NCBI GenBank assembly: GCA_000002435.2
Contig: CM018789.1
Strand: one strand, 5' to 3'
DNA from: Giardia intestinalis
Lineage: Eukaryota
Length of the DNA stretch: 64,000 nucleotides
Below the pieces are notes generated by a model. The model saw only the letters and a list, made by a program, of their open reading frames with translations, did no database searches and had not been told where the DNA came from. A program made the position numbers and the translations under genes. Numbering within the stretch: the first letter of the stretch is position 1; each line of letters starts with the position of its first letter. Positions 29,472 through 37,786 of the stretch are shown here, piece after piece.

Positions 29472-30704
29472 ATGTCGAAGCCTCTCCCTGGTGCACTTGC
29501 AGATACAAAGATTCGTACGCGAAAGCGCAACATAGTGGTCCAAAAGGATCCAGAGTCTTTTCTTGAGGCCTTGGAGCACCTGTTTGTGGGCGACAGTCTA
29601 GAGGAGGTCTTTAAGAATTTGGATTCAGCCACGGACATAGATTATAAGACCTACCACGAGTTCTTCTTTGACAGATTTATTTCCGGGTCTATTGGAGTTT
29701 GCTTTGGTCGCGTTGACAAGAGGAAGACCCCTCGATCCCCGTCAATATTTGCTGATAGTCTCAGCAAGGTGGATGCGTGGATCTCTATACTAGAGCGGTT
29801 TATGAGGAAGCGGCCTTACATGCGTATAGGGATAGGCGAGGTGATCGGGAGGGCCATGCTCACGATTGATAACATCCCTCAATATCTTGACCATGTTATG
29901 TCCATATGCTCTCATCTGGCCAATCTGGACATACTTAAATATGAAAAGACCACCGAGTTCTTCCTCCTCAAGTTACTAAGAATCAACCACCTCGTTGTCT
30001 CTGGAGAGGCTCTCAGCATCCTGTCAAAGTTTACAAACTTATATGCTACCTTGTCCAGTCAGCAGAAGGCGTGGGAGTACCTCATTGCAGGCGAAGTCGT
30101 TGATAAGCTCTTTGACTTCTGCCCGGAGCACTGCAGCGATGTCTTGAAGCTTCTAGAAGACTCGTATGGTATGCAATGGTTTGTCGAGCTTTATCGCACC
30201 AATCAGACGAAGAACAATATAACGACGTGGGAGCAGAAGATCATTCAGTTTATGCAGAAAGACCCAGAGGGGGAAGAAGAGACCCTCGAGGCTCTTCGCG
30301 AGGACGCGCTCAGACAGGTGAAGCAGTGCAAGGAGGAGTGCGGCATGTCTGCCGAAGAGTCAGTCATGTTCATGTGGCGCTGTATTGTTTCTCTTTCTAA
30401 GACAATGTCAAAGGACATTGTTGGGGCATTGAAAAAGTGGGGGCCGTGCTTGTATACTTTAGTAGGAGATGACTTAGTCATGCAAGGCAAGCTCCTATCC
30501 ACTGTCCAGACCACATGTTATAACAATCCCAACATCATTAACAGCTTTAAGCCTATTGTCGTGCAGCTTTATGATCTAGAAATCTTGGAGGCCGACGTTA
30601 TCATCGCATGGGCCAACGGGAATAGTGGCCCTGGCAGGTCTCTGTTTGGAGAACAGCTAGCTGAGTTCGTCACCTGGCTTGAGGCCGACGATGGAGAGGA
30701 CTAG
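29472..30704 (+). CDS. BZW: BZW1/BZW2 (eIF5-mimic protein, 5MP)-like W2-domain protein
   Basis: N-terminus TKIRTRKRNIVVQKDPESFLEALEH...IDYKTYHEFFFDRFISGS parallels human BZW1 [21 protein letters not shown]...LDYRRYAETLFDILVAGG. C-terminal W2 acidic/aromatic box PIVVQLYDLEILEADVIIAWANGNS...LAEFVTWLEADDGED parallels [25 protein letters not shown]...FVEWLKNAEEESE. Confidence 0.7.
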   Translation: MSKPLPGALADTKIRTRKRNIVVQKDPESFLEALEHLFVGDSLEEVFKNLDSATDIDYKTYHEFFFDRFISGSIGVCFGRVDKRKTPRSPSIFADSLSKVDAWISILERFMRKRPYMRIGIGEVIGRAMLTIDNIPQYLDHVMSICSHLANLDILKYEKTTEFFLLKLLRINHLVVSGEALSILSKFTNLYATLSSQQKAWEYLIAGEVVDKLFDFCPEHCSDVLKLLEDSYGMQWFVELYRTNQTKNNITTWEQKIIQFMQKDPEGEEETLEALREDALRQVKQCKEECGMSAEESVMFMWRCIVSLSKTMSKDIVGALKKWGPCLYTLVGDDLVMQGKLLSTVQTTCYNNPNIINSFKPIVVQLYDLEILEADVIIAWANGNSGPGRSLFGEQLAEFVTWLEADDGED

Positions 30705-30802
30705 CGAGACGTGGCCCTGCAATCGATTGGCCTTGATTTTGCGTTGCACATATGTTAGTACTCTGGGGTAAATTTTTGTGGCTTTTTAGAGAACACTGTA
30801 CA

Positions 30803-31237
30803 ATGAATCGAGGAGGCACTCAGACCCTCGTGATATCGCGGTCTCAATCTCCACAGGATCTAGGGTCTGCTGCTGACGAATATCTGGCCCCGTCACCAAC
30901 CCACCACCTGAACGCTCTGCAAAACCACACGATGTCAACCCATTCCACATTTACTGCAGAACCATCAGAGACATCATCCCGTTTTCCCGGACAGCCGAGT
31001 ACACTAACAAAGGATGAAGAGCTGGGAGAACCCGAGGCAACGCCCACGGCAACAGAGATCAGTACAGTGGATACGGGATTGACGACAACCTCTGCACACG
31101 TCATTCAAGAGTTACTGCAGCGGATAGCCATCTTGGAGAATGAGGTTCTAACCCCTGAGACTTTATCTAAACTAATAGATAATAAGGATACCGTGCTATC
31201 TCTCATACGTAGAACAAGGCTAACAGGCACAATGTAA
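30803..31237 (+). CDS. small Ser/Thr-rich hypothetical protein (144 aa)
   Basis: The ORF track begins at 30752. The ATG at 30803 (MNRGGTQ...) has a better initiator (gtaaatttttgtggctttttagagaacactgtacaATG). Low-complexity S/T/P-rich sequence, then a short C-terminal helix (IQELLQRIAILENEV). Confidence 0.35.
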   Translation: MNRGGTQTLVISRSQSPQDLGSAADEYLAPSPTHHLNALQNHTMSTHSTFTAEPSETSSRFPGQPSTLTKDEELGEPEATPTATEISTVDTGLTTTSAHVIQELLQRIAILENEVLTPETLSKLIDNKDTVLSLIRRTRLTGTM

Positions 31238-31268
31238 ACTCAGATTCTTCTAGGACACATGCACGGTC

Positions 31269-32717
31269 CTAGTCGTAATATGATGAACTGCGGCGCTGGA
31301 CGCGGTCCTGCGCAAGGGCAGCTGAAAGACGATCTTCTGGGAGCTTTCCATTCGTGACCATATCGATAAGACGAGAGTTCTCATAATCTGCCTTGGGCGA
31401 AGAAAGGGTAGGCGAAAGCGTGGTTTTAATCGCCTGTGGCTCAAACTTGCTATGCTCAACGTGGCCTCGGAGAGATTGTTGCGAGACATGTGGAGGTGGC
31501 CTAGCTGCATTCATAGAGGCACCTCTACTGGAAGAGCGATCCTCTATTACGTCCTCGGTCAAGGCAATCAGATTCTTCTCTAACTCCGTCAGACGACTTG
31601 TGGCCTCGTCACGCTCCATGCGGAACATCGTAACAGCTCCTTGTAACTCAGAAATCTGGTCGTCCTTCACCGAAATGGTGGCCTGAATGGAGGTGTTCTC
31701 TGCTTCAAGGGCCTCTACCTTACGCAGAAGGACATTAACTTCACCCTGGCTCTGTCGTAGTTTATCGCTTAAGGCAGATAGCTCTGCTTTAAGTCCTGAG
31801 TTTTCCGTCTCAAGGCTCTTCATTAGAGGCTTCAAGTGATTAAGCTCCCTAACGGTCACATCAGTATCTGTACGGAGCGTATTCAGTTGCTCACGCAAGC
31901 GCTCGGTCTCGTTTCTATGCTCGTTGTCGTGGAGCCGAGCCGTATCACGCTCCTTGAGAAGCCTGTCTTTGACCATGTTCGCAGTGTCTCTGAAGGCGTC
32001 TGTAACTATTTTGATATCTCCCAGACAAACGTTCAGCTCATAAACCTTCCCATGAATGCCATGAATACACGCCTGTATGTTCTGCGGTATGTTGGGCGCA
32101 GGCATCTCAAGCTGACGAGCGAGAGAGATCAGCCCGCCGCTGGAGATTGATGCAGGGGCATAGGCGGGAAGTATATCTTTACAAAGCTCCCGAACAGCGA
32201 CCACAAAGTCATCGAGGACTGATAGAGAGTATGTTTTTAAAACATCCAGACCAGTGCGAGCTGCAGTAAGATCTTCTTCGGTGCCAATAAGCTTTTCGTT
32301 GAGGGCGTTAAATTGACTTGTTACAGAGTCACGATCTGCCTGGGCCATCTGGAGCCGCAGTTTGAGGTCACCCAGCTCCTTAGAGATTACGCTTGACAGC
32401 TCATCTGTCAGGGAGTTGCTTCTTTTTTCTGTCTCGGCCAGCTGTTCACGCAGGCTAGAGGACTCCACCTTCGCAAGCTGCTCGCGTTCGAGAAGTGATG
32501 CAATCTGCTCTCTGAGGGTCCTATTTTCAATCTCCAGTGTTCGAACCAATATATTCTCTGGATCTCCAACAGAAATCACAGACCCACTTTGCTGTCCCGA
32601 AACGGCGGAGTGTGGCCTGTAGGCATGTGCTGTATGCTCAGTTGGAGAGCTAATGGTAGATTGGCGGAAAGAGCCGTCTATGGACCGCGGCTTATATGAA
32701 ATAGCCACCGGTTTCAT
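31269..32717 (-). CDS. coiled-coil protein (482 aa)
   Basis: ATG at 32717 with ctactaaaaaactaccgccATG. Extended heptad/leucine-rich segments (LREQIASLLEREQLAKVESSSLREQLAETEKR...). Confidence 0.55.
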   Translation of the reverse strand: MKPVAISYKPRSIDGSFRQSTISSPTEHTAHAYRPHSAVSGQQSGSVISVGDPENILVRTLEIENRTLREQIASLLEREQLAKVESSSLREQLAETEKRSNSLTDELSSVISKELGDLKLRLQMAQADRDSVTSQFNALNEKLIGTEEDLTAARTGLDVLKTYSLSVLDDFVVAVRELCKDILPAYAPASISSGGLISLARQLEMPAPNIPQNIQACIHGIHGKVYELNVCLGDIKIVTDAFRDTANMVKDRLLKERDTARLHDNEHRNETERLREQLNTLRTDTDVTVRELNHLKPLMKSLETENSGLKAELSALSDKLRQSQGEVNVLLRKVEALEAENTSIQATISVKDDQISELQGAVTMFRMERDEATSRLTELEKNLIALTEDVIEDRSSSRGASMNAARPPPHVSQQSLRGHVEHSKFEPQAIKTTLSPTLSSPKADYENSRLIDMVTNGKLPEDRLSAALAQDRVQRRSSSYYD

Positions 32718-33018
32718 GGCGGTAGTTTTTTAGTAGGCAAGATAGGGCTTTACCCAACTATCTGGCTGGTTAACACATTGAGTGCCATAGGGGCTTGCGC
32801 AAGCTGTCCCGCAGTCTGCTAGAATGTTATAGAAAAGTGTGTTCGCCTCAAACATGATAGGTCAGAAAAACCTTTTGATGAGGGTCGACATTAGAGATAA
32901 TTAGTAGCATCGTATATGTAGCACGGCCTCGCAGCGCTGGTTGTACTATTCCTTCTTGCAGGCTCAGTGTGAGAGCAAAACCCAGCACGTGGGATAAATA
33001 ATTTCAGTGTATCTGCCT

Positions 33019-33387
33019 ATGTCTAAAACGCCAATCATAACGCAGTACATTGTTCTTCGTAATGATCTCCCTTGGGGCCTTGGTGCCCTTGCAGCTCAGG
33101 TGGCACATGCATCGGTGGCGGCCATCCATGCGTTTCGCGAGCATCCAGATGTCAGGGTCTACTTATCTGATATATCAAACATGCGTAAAGTCGTCTTGTC
33201 TGCCGATGAGCAGCAGATAATCCAGCTTCGCGATGACCTATGTGCTGCCAAGATTGACCACTTCGCTTGGATAGAGCAGCCAGAAAATTTGCTAAGTGCT
33301 ATTGGTCTTAGACCATGTCCCAAGGAATTGGTTCGGCCATATTTGAAGCACTTATCTCTTCTGAAAGAGCTCCCTCGGAGTAAATAA
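33019..33387 (+). CDS. PTRHD1: PTRHD1-like putative peptidyl-tRNA hydrolase (PTH2 superfamily)
   Basis: The ORF-track start is GTG at 33007; the ATG is at 33019. YIVLRNDL...GALAAQVAHASVAAIHAFREHPDVRVYLSDISNMRKVVLSADEQQIIQLRDDLCAAKIDHFAWIEQPENLLSAIGLRPCPKELVRPYLKHLSLLK aligns along its whole length with human PTRHD1 (YLVLRKDL...[22 protein letters not shown]...[63 protein letters not shown]). Confidence 0.8.
   Translation: MSKTPIITQYIVLRNDLPWGLGALAAQVAHASVAAIHAFREHPDVRVYLSDISNMRKVVLSADEQQIIQLRDDLCAAKIDHFAWIEQPENLLSAIGLRPCPKELVRPYLKHLSLLKELPRSK
33379..33385 (+). promoter_or_regulatory. poly(A) signal AGTAAAT overlapping PTRHD1-like stop codon; 17 nt upstream of the next gene's ATG
   Basis: cggAGTAAATaaaatttgcacgatagaggATG. 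The TAA stop (33385-33387) overlaps the signal, and the AT-rich tract doubles as the initiator for the gene at 33405. Confidence 0.45.
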
Positions 33388-33404
33388 AATTTGCACGATA
33401 GAGG

Positions 33405-35228
33405 ATGAAAATACTGCCCCATGACGACCTCTTCTCCGTAGTTACCTTGTACCGCGATGAAGTGTGTGCTGTAACAGGCAGCGCCGTCATTTATCTTCTG
33501 CGCGGAAAAGCACTCATTAACGGTGCCCCAATAATAGCTCCAAGAACTTTGCTCTGTTCGCAGATATATGGCCATGTGACTATAGTTTCTTCTCTACCTG
33601 CAGCATACTATGGGCATGTGCGTGAAGCTGAGAAGGAGTTGAACAAGTTGCATAGGCTCCTAGGAGAACACCCCGCTCTGCTTATCGAACGCTTCGCTGA
33701 AAGGTGTATTGGTCTCACCGAAGACTCTCCCGTAGCTGCAATTTTTGTCTGTGTACCTCTCCAAGCTGAACTCTCAATCGTCTATCGGACAGCAGCGAAA
33801 CTGGACGGCTTTAATCTGTACGGAGTTTCTCTAGATGAAATCTCTCATAGTAAGAAGGCATTTGGCACTCTTTCGTCTTCGGTCAAGGTTGCGTTGGAGT
33901 GGCACGTTGCATGTAAGTCGATATCTGCGCCTAAAAGTATACTAGTTGTTGGGCCCCAAGGAGTAGGAAAGTCTGTCTTTTCACGGCTGCTTGCAAACTT
34001 TAAAACGGGGTACCATCGGTATGTTGTATTTGTTGACGCTGACTGCCGTAATGGGGAGTCTATCTGTCCGTCTGTGCTTCGTGCATCTGTTTTGCAGAGT
34101 GGGCAAAGAAGCGGTAGCGATTTCCCACTTATGGGGTCTGTGTTTACCTACTGTGCCCCTTATGGTTATACGAGCGTGTCGTCGGATCCCGATAGCTTTG
34201 TAGAGTTGGTGCAGGCTCTTCTTCGCATATGTACCGCACATCTATATACATTGGAGGCCTCCAACGAGGACGTGCCCACCATCATCTGCATGCCTGTCTG
34301 GTTCCAAGGAACCATGGATACCATTATTGAGCGCTGTGTCATGCAGCTAGGCTGCGATGGCATTGTTGAAATGTGCACAGATACCTCCATCCAAATCCTT
34401 GCCCCCACAGACTGCACGTTATTCTTGACATCCTGGGAAGACACCAAAAGAAGGTCACGGGAGAATGCCCTCACCTTTCCAGGACTTTACCATTACGTTG
34501 TCCAGGGTCTCCAGGGCTTGCCGGGCATGGATCACTTCCGTACTTTGCGCTTTCTGCAGTCAATCATAGACTTTAAGAAGATTGGTATTACTCCCTCTGG
34601 ATCCGGAGCCCTCTGCTGCAGGATGACCGGCCGTGATCTACTATGTTCCGCGCCCTTTGTTGAACTTGTTTCCCAGGCACGTCCCTTGCAATATCTGCGA
34701 ATCGTAGACCTTGCAACATTAAGAGCTAACGAACCACACTATTCAACAAGCGAACTTTTATACAAGACAACCTATCCAGTGATGGAGCTCTCTGTACATT
34801 TGTCGGATGATGGTGTGCCAGGCACTATATTTCTATCTCAGTCACTGCACAACATAGTGAACAAGTTGCCAGAATCCCGAGTTAGTTGGGCGCTGCGGAC
34901 TATTTTTTCTGCTATGCCCGTTTATTTGTATTCTACTAAGGTTCCAGTCACAAGCGTTGGTAGTGTTAACATTTTAAGGTTTGTCGGGATTGGATTATTA
35001 AGAAACTTCAACGGACTGAATCCGTGCATAGTGTCCACCCTCTCTTCTGCAGACATGGGTGCGGTTTCTGCCATGTGTCTACCATATGGCAGCTCCTTCA
35101 TCTTCAGTCCAAAGCTTTTGAGGGGTAATCTGGAAGGGTTCACTACAAATCAATCCATGTCTAAGGTAGTAGGACATGAAACTTATGGGGGAAAGGGCCC
35201 CAACTTGCTGGCAACAGAGCGGTGCTGA
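33405..35228 (+). CDS. Clp1/Grc3/NOL9-family P-loop polynucleotide kinase-like protein
   Basis: ILVVGPQGVGKSVFSRLLANF...YVVFVDADCRNGE parallels the Clp1 Walker-A block ([21 protein letters not shown]...YVELDVGQGS). Its size (607 aa), with long N- and C-terminal extensions, is closer to Grc3/NOL9 than to Clp1. Confidence 0.6.
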   Translation: MKILPHDDLFSVVTLYRDEVCAVTGSAVIYLLRGKALINGAPIIAPRTLLCSQIYGHVTIVSSLPAAYYGHVREAEKELNKLHRLLGEHPALLIERFAERCIGLTEDSPVAAIFVCVPLQAELSIVYRTAAKLDGFNLYGVSLDEISHSKKAFGTLSSSVKVALEWHVACKSISAPKSILVVGPQGVGKSVFSRLLANFKTGYHRYVVFVDADCRNGESICPSVLRASVLQSGQRSGSDFPLMGSVFTYCAPYGYTSVSSDPDSFVELVQALLRICTAHLYTLEASNEDVPTIICMPVWFQGTMDTIIERCVMQLGCDGIVEMCTDTSIQILAPTDCTLFLTSWEDTKRRSRENALTFPGLYHYVVQGLQGLPGMDHFRTLRFLQSIIDFKKIGITPSGSGALCCRMTGRDLLCSAPFVELVSQARPLQYLRIVDLATLRANEPHYSTSELLYKTTYPVMELSVHLSDDGVPGTIFLSQSLHNIVNKLPESRVSWALRTIFSAMPVYLYSTKVPVTSVGSVNILRFVGIGLLRNFNGLNPCIVSTLSSADMGAVSAMCLPYGSSFIFSPKLLRGNLEGFTTNQSMSKVVGHETYGGKGPNLLATERC

Positions 35229-35255
35229 TAAGCTTTACAGTAGTTGAATAATTAT

Positions 35256-37754
35256 ATGCCATCGCACAGGACGCTTCCTGGCTCGCTTCTCGAAGCCAAT
35301 ACACGAGCAACTGGGGTTATAAAGGACCAACGAGCACTACCTGCTTACTCTACTGGTCACAAAGAGGACCCTTTAAACCATCCAAATCAACTGCTTATCT
35401 CTTCCATGTGCATTCCTCAAGTTAACACACTGAATGAGGCGCTCACTTCAACAATGCCTGCCAACCTAATTTTGCGCATACGAAGCTCTGTAGGGCTGAT
35501 CCCTACTCTGTACAACGAGTACAAGACAGAGTTCGACGCCTTCGCTCAGACACTAGTGGCCAACCTGGAACGAATACCCACACTTCCTGTTTATTGTAAG
35601 GTTGCTGGGTCTTTCAAGAAGCGAGGAATAGTGAAGGTCCTTCAACGGTTGATTGTTGATGGGTACATAGAGCCTATTTCTATCACTAGAGAACAAATAA
35701 AAACGTGGCCAGTCGCTCATAGTAACGTTTACTCTGCGCTACCAGATATTTTAAACAGGCTCTTGCGTCCGGGTCTTCTATCGAGAGCAACGACCCAGTC
35801 CCTGAGTGAGGTAGAAGGAGAGGAAATCATGAAACGCTCCATTGCACTTACTTGCTACCAGCTCAAGCAGGTTACTAATAAGAAGGAGGCACCAGCAAAT
35901 ATCATCGTAGAGAAGCAAAGCATATCCACTACATCCAATACAAATCCGGTAACACAAAAAACCTTGGAGCTAGAAGAAATAGAGCACCATTTCATGGACT
36001 TGGACAATGAGCATGCAGGCTACAGTGCAATCCCAATGGACATGTGCCCATTTGACGATAGTGTTGCCTCTAGTGACGAGTCAAACACTGCAGAGCCTCC
36101 ACTAAAGGCATACTCCAACATTGAGCACTTTTACAGCGATGTCTTTGGCCCACTAGAGAAGCACCCAAGCTCAGAAGGCCAACAAAAAAAGATCTGCACA
36201 AGAGACGAGGCGTCGTCCCACACAGAGGTCTCCACCCCGCTACTATCCATTTCAAGTAGCGTATCAGAGGAAACAATAGCGGCATACGTAATTCCTGTTT
36301 TTAAGAATTGTCCATATTTCAGGAGGTATCCTTCTGTAAAGTTCTACAGAGAGTTTATCAGAGAGCTATATGCATCACTATGCAAAGCACGGCAACGGAA
36401 GTGTCCATCTGTTGTAGCTGTCCCTCCTGAAGTACTAGAAAAACTTGTGGCATCTTACAATTGCAAGAATAAGGAGAAGTTAATCGGAAAGAAAAAGAAG
36501 ATAACCAAAATTGCAGATGTGAGATTGGCGCTGGAAGGATACATTGGTAGAGGAAAGAAGGGAAACGCATTCTATAATATTCAGCCAGAGATAAAGGTTA
36601 ATGAACGATGCTACATATATAGAAGCGAGCTTCTTCAGATGGTGAGCACATACCAGACTGCCCCTCCATTGATGGGTATGCTTGGTCATTACTGTGGAGC
36701 CCAAACCATGACTGCATACATGCAACGTATCTCTACTGTGTTTGAGTTGCCCAGAGAAGAAGTTATTATTTTGGGGATAGAATCATTTAGTTGTCCCCGC
36801 ACAGCACAGGACGATGAAAATTGGGCGGGGTTTTGCTGTATTCACGTCCAAAAAGTAAGTGACGAGGCCACGGCAACCATCCCATACCTACCGATAGGAG
36901 TTTCACGTGTGGGATCCTTCATAGTGACAAGTGACCAGGCTGCCAATATAACACTAGAAGAAATCTATCCTGGCACGGCTGTACGTTCTCCTGTGGCGCG
37001 ATATGATGCATCCCTTGGCGGGATGCAGCTAACGCTCCTACAATCAACAGTGGTTAACGTGAGACAAAACTCGCTGGTTATAGTCGGCATGGATATACGT
37101 GACTCCATCACAGATGCACCCTCTTCAAGGCGACACAATCTTCTTAACGTGCCCCGGGACGGGGAAATCCTCTGTCACAGCGCCAACATTTTTATGCGGA
37201 GCAGATGGGACGTATTCATGGCCTCCAACTCTGAAGATGGCATCATGTTACCCCAGCGTCTATGTGCAAAGTCAGTCTGCGATGTTCAGACGAATAAGAA
37301 TGTGTATATGACCGACTACTTGTATAACAAAAGACTACGGAAAACAAAATTGTTTAGAACGCTAGATTGCACGGTACATGAACTTCTTGGACAGAAGTTC
37401 CAGCTCATGCAGCTTGAGTCTGCGCGCGAAGCTCTCTGTAAGGCCAAAATACAGGACGCTAATGAAGTAGTGGTGTGCGAAAATAGCCTCTTTATATTAT
37501 CCGCCCTCATGATACACCCTGCATTGATCTGTCTTTTAGAAGCGGACGATCGACGAAATGTGCAGACAATCTACGGCCTTGCATCTGATAGTTCAATATA
37601 CACTAATCCAAAGAAGCTAGAAATAGAAGTCAGAAATATCTTCAAACGCTATGAGGCCGAGCAAGAGAACTTGCCACCTGGGTCAGCTCAGGCTCTAGCC
37701 TATGACGCCATAAGGACATACTTTCTGGACCTCATGATACTGTATGCTCTATAA
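35256..37754 (+). CDS. hypothetical protein (832 aa)
   Basis: The ORF-track start at 35244 is TTG; the ATG is at 35256 with gtagttgaataattatATG. No recognisable family. Confidence 0.5.
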   Translation: MPSHRTLPGSLLEANTRATGVIKDQRALPAYSTGHKEDPLNHPNQLLISSMCIPQVNTLNEALTSTMPANLILRIRSSVGLIPTLYNEYKTEFDAFAQTLVANLERIPTLPVYCKVAGSFKKRGIVKVLQRLIVDGYIEPISITREQIKTWPVAHSNVYSALPDILNRLLRPGLLSRATTQSLSEVEGEEIMKRSIALTCYQLKQVTNKKEAPANIIVEKQSISTTSNTNPVTQKTLELEEIEHHFMDLDNEHAGYSAIPMDMCPFDDSVASSDESNTAEPPLKAYSNIEHFYSDVFGPLEKHPSSEGQQKKICTRDEASSHTEVSTPLLSISSSVSEETIAAYVIPVFKNCPYFRRYPSVKFYREFIRELYASLCKARQRKCPSVVAVPPEVLEKLVASYNCKNKEKLIGKKKKITKIADVRLALEGYIGRGKKGNAFYNIQPEIKVNERCYIYRSELLQMVSTYQTAPPLMGMLGHYCGAQTMTAYMQRISTVFELPREEVIILGIESFSCPRTAQDDENWAGFCCIHVQKVSDEATATIPYLPIGVSRVGSFIVTSDQAANITLEEIYPGTAVRSPVARYDASLGGMQLTLLQSTVVNVRQNSLVIVGMDIRDSITDAPSSRRHNLLNVPRDGEILCHSANIFMRSRWDVFMASNSEDGIMLPQRLCAKSVCDVQTNKNVYMTDYLYNKRLRKTKLFRTLDCTVHELLGQKFQLMQLESAREALCKAKIQDANEVVVCENSLFILSALMIHPALICLLEADDRRNVQTIYGLASDSSIYTNPKKLEIEVRNIFKRYEAEQENLPPGSAQALAYDAIRTYFLDLMILYAL

Positions 37755-37786
37755 TCAAAGACTAAACTAACCAACTCTTTAACCCT

